A stretch of 32,000 bases of DNA from Archaeoglobus fulgidus DSM 4304. GTDB lineage: Archaea; Halobacteriota; Archaeoglobi; Archaeoglobales; Archaeoglobaceae. Positions 1-8,163 of this stretch are shown here, piece by piece. The stretch lies in NCBI RefSeq assembly GCF_000008665.1, contig NC_000917.1:810001-842000 (forward strand). The letters are read 5' to 3'. Position 1 is the first letter of the stretch. Every line of letters starts with the position of its first letter. Position numbers and translations under genes: made by a program. The notes beneath the pieces are model-generated. The model did not search any database. It was not told the origin of the DNA and was given only the letters and a program-made list of their open reading frames with translations.

Positions 1-1139
1 GGGATTACATATTCAACCCCTGCAGCCTTTGCAACCTCGGGAATGAGATACGGTGCCAGGTAACCCGTGCCTACTATCTTTTTGCAGCCTATCTCCCTCA
101 CCGTTGTCGCTGCAAGAGAAACAAATTGATTAAGGGCTTTCTCAACGTCACACTCATACTTTCTCGAGCTTCTGTAGTCTCCAATTTCGTATCCAGCGCA
201 GTTCAAAGCGTCGGTGAGCGTGAAACTCTCTCCTCCAAAGGCGATAGGTTTTGAGCAGACTGGAACGAGCTTTCCGTTTTCAACCACCGAATCCCCACCA
301 AACGGAATGCTGACAGAGTCAACGCACCTTATCAGCGTCTTCCTTCCGGCAAGCTCTATCCCCTCTACTATCTTCGGCATTCCGTCAATAACCTCAACAA
401 AGTCCGTTGAAGTCCCCCCTATGTCGACAACCAGAGCGTTCTTCTCCCCCGTCAGATAAACGGCACCAAGAGCCACAGCGGCAGGAGATGAGTTGTACAG
501 CTCTGAAGGATTGTTGAGGGCTATCGTGTACGGCACAATTCCTCCATCCCCTTTGAAGTAGTAGAAATCCCCGGCATAAGCTTTAATCAGCTCGGTGAGC
601 CTGTAAACAGTCTCCCTTATTTTGGCGTTTACTACAGTCGTGTGAATTCTCGCAGGATAGTTCATCCCACCTGCATAGTGACTCAGGGCAATTCTGTAGT
701 CTTCCACATAATTTCTCACAATCTCAGCCACTCTGTCCTCCAGAGAACCGTTTCTGACCGAAAATTTTGATGAAATCGCTACGTTATCGTAGGAATTTTC
801 CCTGAAGATTGCCGCAATTTCGTACTCATCGATGTCCTCAACAACGTCTCCCCTGTGGTTTACATAGCCCTTCAAAACCTCACCATACTCAGAGTAATTC
901 AACCCCGGCCCAGGTATTACGAGGCTGAGAGTGCGGGACTCGCTAAACTTTGAAATGATGAGGTTTAACGGCCAGGACGTGCTAACAACAACCTTTTCCT
1001 CGATTAGGTTAGCTTCCTTCGAAATCTCCTTGAGAATTCCACCTATTCCCGCCTCATTCGGGAGCTTAATCGTTTTGATTTCGTCAGAAACAATAGCAGC
1101 GTCCGTGTTGGTTCCACCAACGTCAATCCCAATTATCAT
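1..1139 (-). CDS. Hydantoinase A / oxoprolinase-family protein, partial (C-terminus beyond window start)
   Basis: Reverse-strand reading from ATG at 1139 gives MIIGIDVGGTNTDAAIVSDEIKTIKLPNEAG..., later ...NALVVDIGGTSTDFVEV..., the two phosphate-binding-like motifs of the hydantoinase/ASKHA fold. Frame is open to position 1, so it is absent from the ORF track, which lists only antisense ORFs here. Confidence 0.8.
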   Translation of the reverse strand, partial: MIIGIDVGGTNTDAAIVSDEIKTIKLPNEAGIGGILKEISKEANLIEEKVVVSTSWPLNLIISKFSESRTLSLVIPGPGLNYSEYGEVLKGYVNHRGDVVEDIDEYEIAAIFRENSYDNVAISSKFSVRNGSLEDRVAEIVRNYVEDYRIALSHYAGGMNYPARIHTTVVNAKIRETVYRLTELIKAYAGDFYYFKGDGGIVPYTIALNNPSELYNSSPAAVALGAVYLTGEKNALVVDIGGTSTDFVEVIDGMPKIVEGIELAGRKTLIRCVDSVSIPFGGDSVVENGKLVPVCSKPIAFGGESFTLTDALNCAGYEIGDYRSSRKYECDVEKALNQFVSLAATTVREIGCKKIVGTGYLAPYLIPEVAKAAGVEYVI

Positions 1140-1171
1140 TAACTTGACGAATTCGTGTGATTTAAAAAAGC

Positions 1172-2431
1172 TTATCGTTTTTCATGGACAAATAAAATCA
1201 GCACCGCCGAAACCACTGATGCAGCGAGGCAAAAGGAGAACGCGAGTGAGTATGCTTCCGGAGGATAGGAGCCATCAACCATCCCCACCGTGTCCATAAG
1301 ATAGCCCATGAAAACCTGGAAGAGGGCTCCGCCAAAGAAGGGGAAAACGTTTACGATGCTTGTCGCCAGACCGGTAACTTCGAGCGGGTAAGACTCCTTA
1401 ATCAGGGCGTAGGCAACCGGACCCGCAGCGCTGAAAAGGCCAATAAGAAATGATATTGCGTACAGCTGGAATACCGTGAGGCTGGCCGTGAAGAAGACGA
1501 GCGGAGCCATCGTAAAGGTGAATCCGATACCCGCAGCAACGAGGAACCACTTTCTCGTTCTGAAAACCTTGTCTGAGAGGAATCCTATGATTGGCGCTCC
1601 CAGAATCGTTCCGAGACCGACCATCATCAACACACCGCCAGCCTCTTCCCTCTGCATTCCGTAGACGTCCATTAGGTACGGACCACCCCACAGCCCCTGG
1701 TAGCCCATTACGATGCCGTATCTCAGAAAGGCAGACGTGGCGATTAACCAGACAACCGGGTTGAGCACCACCACGCGAAAATTAGTCGCAAACCTCCCAC
1801 CCTCTCTGGACTTTTCCAAAACTCCTCCCGGTGAATCCCTCACGAAAATCCAGCAACTGAGAGCAAGAACAAAGGTAATTGCCCCAATGAAGAGAAACGT
1901 GACCCTCCATCCGAACAGAGAGACCATCGTTGCAAGCGGATAGGCCGAAACTAATGCACCCATATTGCCCACAGCGAACAGCACGCCTGTCAAGGTGGCA
2001 AACTCGTCTACTCTAAACCATCGGGATAGCAGTTTTATCGTAGGGATGTAAACTCCCGACACGCCGATGCCAATCAGGAATCTCCCAAGAACGGCCACTT
2101 CAAAGTTTGGGGACACGGCGAAGAGTACAGTCCCTACGAAGGCCAGCAGCGTGAACACGGTCGTTGTCAACCTCGGTCCCTTGGTGTCGGAGAGGTAACC
2201 CACCGGAATCTGCATTAAGCCGTAGGGGTAAAAATAGGCAGATGAGAGTACACCGACGGCAAGAGCGGTTACGGCAAACTCCTCCATGAGCGTGGTTGCG
2301 AGGATAGCTGATGACGTGCGGTGAAAATAAACAAAGAAGTAGATTGAAGCCATCACACCGAATACAACCCATCTGTACCTGCTCGCCCCCACCTGAGTTC
2401 GTAAGCGCAAAAATATATGAACTTTTTTCAT
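1172..2431 (-). CDS. Major facilitator superfamily transporter, about 12 TM
   Basis: 419-aa ORF with many hydrophobic segments and MFS-like motifs (GVLSSAYFYPYGLMQIPVGYLSDTKGPR; GRFLIGIGVSG; GFLSDKVFRTRK). Confidence 0.9.
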   Translation of the reverse strand: MKKVHIFLRLRTQVGASRYRWVVFGVMASIYFFVYFHRTSSAILATTLMEEFAVTALAVGVLSSAYFYPYGLMQIPVGYLSDTKGPRLTTTVFTLLAFVGTVLFAVSPNFEVAVLGRFLIGIGVSGVYIPTIKLLSRWFRVDEFATLTGVLFAVGNMGALVSAYPLATMVSLFGWRVTFLFIGAITFVLALSCWIFVRDSPGGVLEKSREGGRFATNFRVVVLNPVVWLIATSAFLRYGIVMGYQGLWGGPYLMDVYGMQREEAGGVLMMVGLGTILGAPIIGFLSDKVFRTRKWFLVAAGIGFTFTMAPLVFFTASLTVFQLYAISFLIGLFSAAGPVAYALIKESYPLEVTGLATSIVNVFPFFGGALFQVFMGYLMDTVGMVDGSYPPEAYSLAFSFCLAASVVSAVLILFVHEKR

Positions 2432-2488
2432 ATCGTGTTAATTTTCCAAACTTTCGAAAAGTAAAAATATTGTAAACTGATTATTGTT

Positions 2489-3244
2489 ATGAACCCGAAA
2501 ACTCTTGCCGAGGAAATTGGGAGGTACATAAAGCCCCAGACCTTTCCCCTCGGCTTCAAAATGGTTAAAAGCGAGGATGAAATCGGAAAGGCGAGGAGGT
2601 TCGAGGGGCTTACAATCTGCCAGATTTACAACATGGCGAGGAGGTATCGCTGGATTGTTTATTTCGACCTCAACACTACCTGCCCTGTTGGAATTGTCGC
2701 CTATGGCTTTGCGGAGCCTGATGAGCTTTACAAAAGCGGGCAGCTCGCCTACGAGGCGGGATATGTGGACTCTCCTGAAACTGGAGTGAAGTATGAGGAT
2801 GCATTACCAAAGCTGGCCGAGAAGTACATTGGATGCAAGGTCTCTCCCCTTGAAATAGCGGAGGAAGAGCCAGACTTCGTCGTGGTTTACGGAATGCCCG
2901 CCCAAATCCTCAGATTCGTTCACGCCTACCTTTTCAGGAGAGGAGGGGGCTTTGAGACGGTGATAAGGGGAAGAGGGGCGTGTGCTGAATTTTTAGATGC
3001 CTTCATTTCAAAGGAGCCGAGGCTTGTTATTCCCTGCTACGGTGACAGGCTCTTCGGCCAGACTCAGGACTTCGAAATAGCCTTCTCCTTCCCCTTCGAG
3101 ATGGCGGAGGAGCTTGTGGAGGGTTTGAGGGAGACTCACAGGAGGGGGATAAGGTATCCAATTCCTTCAACTGGCCTGAGAGTGCCGCTGCCAGTTCCCA
3201 AAGCTTACGAGGAGTCGGTCAAAAAAATGAGGGGTACTGGTTGA
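2489..3244 (+). CDS. DUF169-like protein
   Basis: 251-aa ORF; pattern P-L-G-F-K, RRYRWIVYFDLNTTCPVG, CPGA-like and IPCYGDR segments resemble the DUF169 family. Confidence 0.65.
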   Translation: MNPKTLAEEIGRYIKPQTFPLGFKMVKSEDEIGKARRFEGLTICQIYNMARRYRWIVYFDLNTTCPVGIVAYGFAEPDELYKSGQLAYEAGYVDSPETGVKYEDALPKLAEKYIGCKVSPLEIAEEEPDFVVVYGMPAQILRFVHAYLFRRGGGFETVIRGRGACAEFLDAFISKEPRLVIPCYGDRLFGQTQDFEIAFSFPFEMAEELVEGLRETHRRGIRYPIPSTGLRVPLPVPKAYEESVKKMRGTG

Positions 3245-3247
3245 TAA

Positions 3248-4021
3248 TCACTCCAAAAAGTCGTCCATGGTGTAAAAGCCGGGCTTGTCAACCTTTGCAA
3301 TCCACTTCGCAGCCCTAACTGCCCCAATCGCAAAGCACTCTCTGCTCATCGCCCTGTGTGTAAGCTCAATCCTCTCCCCGCTTCCGAAGAAGAAGACTGT
3401 ATGCTCTCCAACGACGTCTCCTCCTCTAATACCAAAAACACCAATCTCGCTTTCCCTCGGCGAAATTCCCTCTCTGCACGTCTTTAGGTCTGCTTCTATT
3501 CCCTTTTCCTCCTTAACCTTCCTTATGATCTCAGCAAGCTTCAGGGCAGTTCCGCTCGGAGAGTCACGCTTGTGCCTGTGGTGAAGCTCCACAATCTCTG
3601 CATCCCACTCGTAGAGCATTTTTGCGGCGTATTCAACAATTTTCCAGAAAATGTTGACACCGAGGCTGAAGTTTGGCGAAACAATCATCGGAACCTTCTC
3701 CGCCAGCTCTGCAAGCCTCTTCCTGTCCTCGTCAGTGAAGCCTGTTGTCCCCATCACCACCCTCACTCCCTTCTCCGCAGCAACCTCAGCGTTCTTCATT
3801 GCAGCCTCTGCTGTGGTGAAGTCAATCAGCACATCAGCATCAAGCTTTGAGATGTCGTCCTCAATCGGAACACCAATCTTTCCAACTCCAGCAAGTTCTC
3901 CCGCATCCTTTCCAACTTCGTTGATGTCGAAAGCCTGAACGACCTTCAAGCCCTCTGCCACTGCATTTTTAACAACAAGCCTGCCCATTCTGCCCGCTGC
4001 CCCGGAAACCGCAACTCGCAT
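3248..4021 (-). CDS. dapB: 4-hydroxy-tetrahydrodipicolinate reductase
   Basis: 257 aa: MRVAVSGAAGRMGRLV (NAD(P)-binding), ELHHRHKRDSPSGTA catalytic motif, VMGTTGF. Confidence 0.97.
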   Translation of the reverse strand: MRVAVSGAAGRMGRLVVKNAVAEGLKVVQAFDINEVGKDAGELAGVGKIGVPIEDDISKLDADVLIDFTTAEAAMKNAEVAAEKGVRVVMGTTGFTDEDRKRLAELAEKVPMIVSPNFSLGVNIFWKIVEYAAKMLYEWDAEIVELHHRHKRDSPSGTALKLAEIIRKVKEEKGIEADLKTCREGISPRESEIGVFGIRGGDVVGEHTVFFFGSGERIELTHRAMSRECFAIGAVRAAKWIAKVDKPGFYTMDDFLE

Positions 4022-4052
4022 AAATAAAATTGAGCTGGAGTATATAAAATGT

Positions 4053-4922
4053 TCAGCTAATCAGCTCAAGACTCTTGAGAACTTCTTTAACCTTCTGAGT
4101 TTTCTCTTCAGAGAGCTCGACCAGAGGCAGCCTCGGCTTTCCCGCTGCAAGCCCCATAAGCTGCAAAGCCTTCTTAACCGGAATAGGATTGGTGTCGATG
4201 AAGAGCACGTCGAAGAGTGGCGTAAGCCTGTGGTGCATCTCCCTCGCCCTTTCTATGTTCCCCTCAACGAAAGCTTCGTACATCTCCTTCATCAGGTGGG
4301 GGGCGACGTTGGCGGCAACGCTGATTACGCCCTTTCCTCCAAGGCAGAGAATGGGCAGGGTGAGAAAATCATCGCCAGAAAGCAGGACAAAGTCGTCTGG
4401 TGTTGTTCTTATAATCTCGGAGATCTGCTTGAGGTTCCCGCTCGCCTCCTTAATGCCAAAAATGTTGTCAATCTCCGCCAGCCTTCTTACGAGTTCGGGA
4501 GTTGTGTTTATGCCCGTCCTGCTGGGAACGTTGTAAACTATGATTGGAATGGAAACTTCAGACGCAACAGCCTTGTAGTGCTGGTAGAGCCCCTCAGCGT
4601 TGGGCTTGTTGTAGTAGGGAGTGACGAGCATTGCAGCCTCTGCACCAGCCTTCTCAACTTCCTTTGCAAGCCAAATTGCCTCCCTCGTTGAGTTTGAACC
4701 TGCACCACCAATTACAGGAAGCTTTGACGTCTCTGCAACATACCTCACAACATCGATGTGCTCCTCGTAGCTGAGTGTTGCAGCCTCTCCTGTTGTCCCA
4801 GCAGGAACCAGAGCGTTGACGTGCTTCTCAAGGTAGTCGAGATTCTTCGCTATCCCCTCGTAGTCAACGCTGAAGTCCTCCTTGAAGGGCGTTACCATTG
4901 CGGGAATCACGCCCTCAAACAT
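4053..4922 (-). CDS. dapA: 4-hydroxy-tetrahydrodipicolinate synthase
   Basis: Motifs [52 protein letters not shown] opens at 4964 but the family-like start is [13 protein letters not shown] (ATG at 4922). Confidence 0.96.
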   Translation of the reverse strand: MFEGVIPAMVTPFKEDFSVDYEGIAKNLDYLEKHVNALVPAGTTGEAATLSYEEHIDVVRYVAETSKLPVIGGAGSNSTREAIWLAKEVEKAGAEAAMLVTPYYNKPNAEGLYQHYKAVASEVSIPIIVYNVPSRTGINTTPELVRRLAEIDNIFGIKEASGNLKQISEIIRTTPDDFVLLSGDDFLTLPILCLGGKGVISVAANVAPHLMKEMYEAFVEGNIERAREMHHRLTPLFDVLFIDTNPIPVKKALQLMGLAAGKPRLPLVELSEEKTQKVKEVLKSLELIS

Positions 4923-5112
4923 TGACCAACCCTCTGTTAACTCTCCTCGTGATGTATCCAGCAACCCTGTTTCTCACGGTCTTGCTCTGGATGTTGGTAA
5001 GCTCCGCCACGAGCCTCTTGTTCTCGTCGAAGTTGCCCGTAAACACTTCCGGATACTTCTTCAACAATTCCCTCGCGATGACCTTGATGTAAGCGGGTTT
5101 TACCGTGCCCAT
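4915..5112 (-). CDS. rps17e: Small ribosomal subunit protein eS17 (S17e)
   Basis: [58 protein letters not shown] is characteristic of S17e; preferred start is the internal Met of ORF 4915..5133. Confidence 0.93.
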   Translation of the reverse strand: MGTVKPAYIKVIARELLKKYPEVFTGNFDENKRLVAELTNIQSKTVRNRVAGYITRRVNRGLVNV

Positions 5113-5136
5113 GGCGTGATGCCAACCATACAATAT

Positions 5137-6834
5137 TTAACGTTTGCCTCCTCTCGCGGACAGCTTTCTCATCATAATCCTTCCGGCAGAGTACGTGGCA
5201 AGAAAACCTGCTGTGAACATGAAAACTTTCGTGAAGTCAATTTCACCGACGTTCATTGAAACAGGAGGTGTGGCGGGTGCAGGAGTTTGCTGAGAAGCTT
5301 TAGCAGGCGGAGTGGTGGCTGTAACGGAGTTGTTGGTAACGTTCTCTGCGCCGGTGGCATTCTCCTTCAAAGTTATGCTGACGTTGGCAGTATTGCCCTC
5401 CTTCCTGCTCTCCTTCACCACCACGTCAGCCTGAGAGGTGGTAACGTCAACGAATTCCCCCAATCCGTTGTAAACCCCTGCATTTTTTATCAAGAGCCTT
5501 GATTCGCCCGGACTCTGAGCAGCAACCTTTACCTCTGCAAGAAAGCCCGTTTTCGTTTTGTTCGTGGTGTAAGCGCTGATTTTCAGGTAGTCGGGATAAA
5601 GGGTTTTGTCGAGCAGCCTGAAACCGTCGGGTAAAGTAACCGACTCGATTTTCACGCTGTTTCCGGAAACAAAAATAACGAATTCGAAGGATGATAGCTC
5701 CACCGACTGGTTGAGGAGAACTTTAAAGCTCATGGTGGTTCCGTTAAAGATTTCCGCTTTTGAGGGCTGAAGAATAACCTTCACACTTTCCTTCCCATTC
5801 CCCACTATCCAGAGCTCTTTTTTCACCAGAACGTCATCCTCAGCCTGAATTATCCTTGAAAAGCTGTTGTCAGGCGGCAGGTCGTAGTAGTTTTTAGCCA
5901 GATCTGAGATCGAGAGGGTTGAGGTTTTGGACGTGTCTCTAACGTAAATTGCATACTTCCCCTCCCTCAGTCCTGCAGTTTCGAATTGAACCTTTGCTTT
6001 CCCGTTTTCATCAAGATACGCCTTCTTGTACAGCAGGAAATTGTTGCCCTCCAGCACAACCAGTATTCCGTCGTATTCAGTGTCACCAACTCTGTTCGTG
6101 TCGATGCTAACAACTACTGGCTCCCCAACCTTCACTTTTTCAGGTGCGGAAACCGCAACCTCTGGTTTTACGACTGAAACCGTAACTCTTCTGGAATCCC
6201 AAACCTTCCCGCCGTATTCAAGCTTTAAATCTAGGATGTACTTTCCAGGTTTTACCGCATCAGCAATATCCCTCGTTCTCTCATACACTTCCCTCAGATT
6301 CAGGTCGAATTTGGCGGAGTAGACGTTGCTCTCCTCCTCGTAATCTGCAGTTTCCTCGTAGTAAAGGTCAACGTTGTTTCCGTAAAGCCTCAGCTTCAAA
6401 CTCGCCGGATTCGCACTCTCCACGAGAACCTCCAGTTCCGTTCTGCTCTGATACACAAGATTTTTCAGTTCGAATTCCTTTATTTTTGGTTTGACCACCT
6501 TGAACTCTTCAGAATGCTCTTCAGGCTCGGTGTCGTCAATCACAACCTTCAAACGGTACGTTCCCTCCTGCCAGTCCTCGGGGATTCTAAAAACCCACTC
6601 CTCCCCGCACTTTTCATAGAGGTCTTCCCCCTCATCCACGTGACAGAGGAGAGCGCCATCCCCACCATCCCCCACAACTGCTATATCCGCCGAGCGATTA
6701 ACTTCAAAATAGACCTGAAACCGGATTTGATCCCCCAGGTTTACGCTCTCCTTATCTACAAATATATGCACCTCCGCCGCACTAACCGAGGAAATTGCGA
6801 TTAGCAAGGCTACAAATGTGGCGAGCCACCTCAC
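5137..6834 (-). CDS. Secreted/membrane-anchored surface protein with Ig-like repeats and a cohesin-like domain
   Basis: 565 aa: N-terminal signal peptide (MRWLATFVALLIAISSVSA), beta-rich repeats, NxT/NxS-rich T/P linker, C-terminal TM anchor (VFMFTAGFLATYSAGRIMM) then RKLSARGGKR. Confidence 0.75.
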   Translation of the reverse strand: MRWLATFVALLIAISSVSAAEVHIFVDKESVNLGDQIRFQVYFEVNRSADIAVVGDGGDGALLCHVDEGEDLYEKCGEEWVFRIPEDWQEGTYRLKVVIDDTEPEEHSEEFKVVKPKIKEFELKNLVYQSRTELEVLVESANPASLKLRLYGNNVDLYYEETADYEEESNVYSAKFDLNLREVYERTRDIADAVKPGKYILDLKLEYGGKVWDSRRVTVSVVKPEVAVSAPEKVKVGEPVVVSIDTNRVGDTEYDGILVVLEGNNFLLYKKAYLDENGKAKVQFETAGLREGKYAIYVRDTSKTSTLSISDLAKNYYDLPPDNSFSRIIQAEDDVLVKKELWIVGNGKESVKVILQPSKAEIFNGTTMSFKVLLNQSVELSSFEFVIFVSGNSVKIESVTLPDGFRLLDKTLYPDYLKISAYTTNKTKTGFLAEVKVAAQSPGESRLLIKNAGVYNGLGEFVDVTTSQADVVVKESRKEGNTANVSITLKENATGAENVTNNSVTATTPPAKASQQTPAPATPPVSMNVGEIDFTKVFMFTAGFLATYSAGRIMMRKLSARGGKR

Positions 6835-6885
6835 ACTGGGAGTTCCGCAAATTAATCTTAAAATTTTCTTTCAAAAAAGAAATTA

Positions 6886-7224
6886 CTAAGGCTTAATGTA
6901 CGCATAGCCTTCATTCTGAAGCTCCACGAGCTTTGTAACACCTGCTGGAACAACTTCGCAGAAATCAAAGACGTCTTCTATCTTTATACCGTGAAGGGTT
7001 AGGGCGTTGTTGCATACGAAAAACTTAACTCCTCTCTCTGACAGCTCTCTCATCCTATCTTCGAGCTTGGGATTTGCTGCTCTTACGAATAGCTTTACCG
7101 CATAGCCGTTGGCCAGCACCGCAACCTCGGCCTCTGGAACATCATTAAGGAAGTTATTAACGTTAGCGAGGCACAGTTCCAGCAGTGAGGTGCTGTCCAT
7201 GTCGAGATGGAAAACTACCTTCAT
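6886..7224 (-). CDS. DsrE/DsrF-like family protein
   Basis: 112 aa: MKVVFHLD...LANVNNFLND...VAVLANGYAVKLF...LSERGVKFFVCNNALTLHGI...VVPAGVTKLVELQNEGYAYIKP matches the small DsrE-like fold pattern. Confidence 0.75.
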   Translation of the reverse strand: MKVVFHLDMDSTSLLELCLANVNNFLNDVPEAEVAVLANGYAVKLFVRAANPKLEDRMRELSERGVKFFVCNNALTLHGIKIEDVFDFCEVVPAGVTKLVELQNEGYAYIKP

Positions 7225-7310
7225 GTAATTGATTATACGAGGGGTTAAAAACCTTTGACGTCATCAAAGCTAAACCGCATTGCCTATGCAAAGCAGGGAA
7301 TGATGATGTA

Positions 7311-7326
7311 ACCGAAAATTTAAAAT
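7311..7326 (+). promoter_or_regulatory. Candidate BRE/TATA element for the eIF1-like gene
   Basis: accgaaaatttaaaat lies upstream of an AAAGGAGGTT ribosome-binding site (about 7350-7357) and ATG 7369. Confidence 0.45.
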
Positions 7327-7368
7327 TTTGCATATACCCACTTCTTAAAAAGGAGGTTAAGCGGGAAG

Positions 7369-7674
7369 ATGTCGGAAATCTGCCCTGTTTGCGGACTGCC
7401 GAAAGATTTGTGTGTTTGCGAGGAAGTTGCGAAAGAGCAGCAGTTTATAGTGATTAAAACTGGCAAGAGACGCTACGGGAAGGAAGTGACCATTATCGAG
7501 GGAATTGATAAGGGAGAGATAAACCTTGAGGAACTTGCGAAATACCTGAAGTCAAAGCTGGCGTGCGGTGGGACGGTAAAGAACGGAGTGATAGAGCTTC
7601 AGGGCAATCACGTGAACAGGGTTAAGGAACTGCTTATAAAGAAGGGATTCAATCCTGAGAGGATAAAGACCTAG
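7369..7674 (+). CDS. SUI1/eIF1-like translation factor
   Basis: 101 aa: [21 protein letters not shown]...[15 protein letters not shown]...[29 protein letters not shown]1 family motifs. Confidence 0.93.
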   Translation: MSEICPVCGLPKDLCVCEEVAKEQQFIVIKTGKRRYGKEVTIIEGIDKGEINLEELAKYLKSKLACGGTVKNGVIELQGNHVNRVKELLIKKGFNPERIKT

Positions 7675-8104
7675 AGGCGTAATCCATTATTTTTCTCATC
7701 ATCTCGAGGTCAGCTTCCTTTTCTTTCAGCCTTAGCTCGAAAATTTTCTCTCTGCACGCCATGTAGGCGTCAAAGGCCGTGAAGAGTATCTCCTCAAACT
7801 TCCTGCCAAATTTTAGCCTGTCCTCGGCTTTAAGGTTAAGCTCGTCAGCCATGAAGTCCCTCAACTCGCAAAAGAGCCTTATGCTGTCTCCGGGACCAAA
7901 ATTCCTATCTGTGGCAAGAAAACGCATAATGTCATCCACCGCATCGCTCAAATCAACGCTCTTTCCTTCATAAAGGCTCAATGCTCTGTCAACTATTTTC
8001 TCAGCAGCCTCCTGAAGGAAGCTGACCACCTCAAAGACCGGCTTTACGGGGTAGTTGATCAGAAGCCTGTCAACCCACCACTCAACGACCTTTTTCCTGT
8101 CCAT
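7649..8104 (-). CDS. Hypothetical protein, possible stand-alone RsbRD_N-like helical domain
   Basis: 151-aa ORF, helical composition with [15 protein letters not shown]..., [32 protein letters not shown] resembling RsbRD N-terminal sensor-type domains. Overlaps the convergent eIF1-like gene by 26 nt. Confidence 0.55.
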   Translation of the reverse strand: MDRKKVVEWWVDRLLINYPVKPVFEVVSFLQEAAEKIVDRALSLYEGKSVDLSDAVDDIMRFLATDRNFGPGDSIRLFCELRDFMADELNLKAEDRLKFGRKFEEILFTAFDAYMACREKIFELRLKEKEADLEMMRKIMDYASRSLSSQD

Positions 8105-8163
8105 ATTTTAGTGGCTGCGCGGCACCATAAGAAGATAACCTTTTAAGTTGCATTCTGCACTGC

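Noticed and set aside
931-1299. 122-aa plus-strand ORF across the start of the hydantoinase A-like gene
   Set aside because: Antisense to the clear MIIGIDVGGTNTD frame; overlaps the intergenic region without a family signature.
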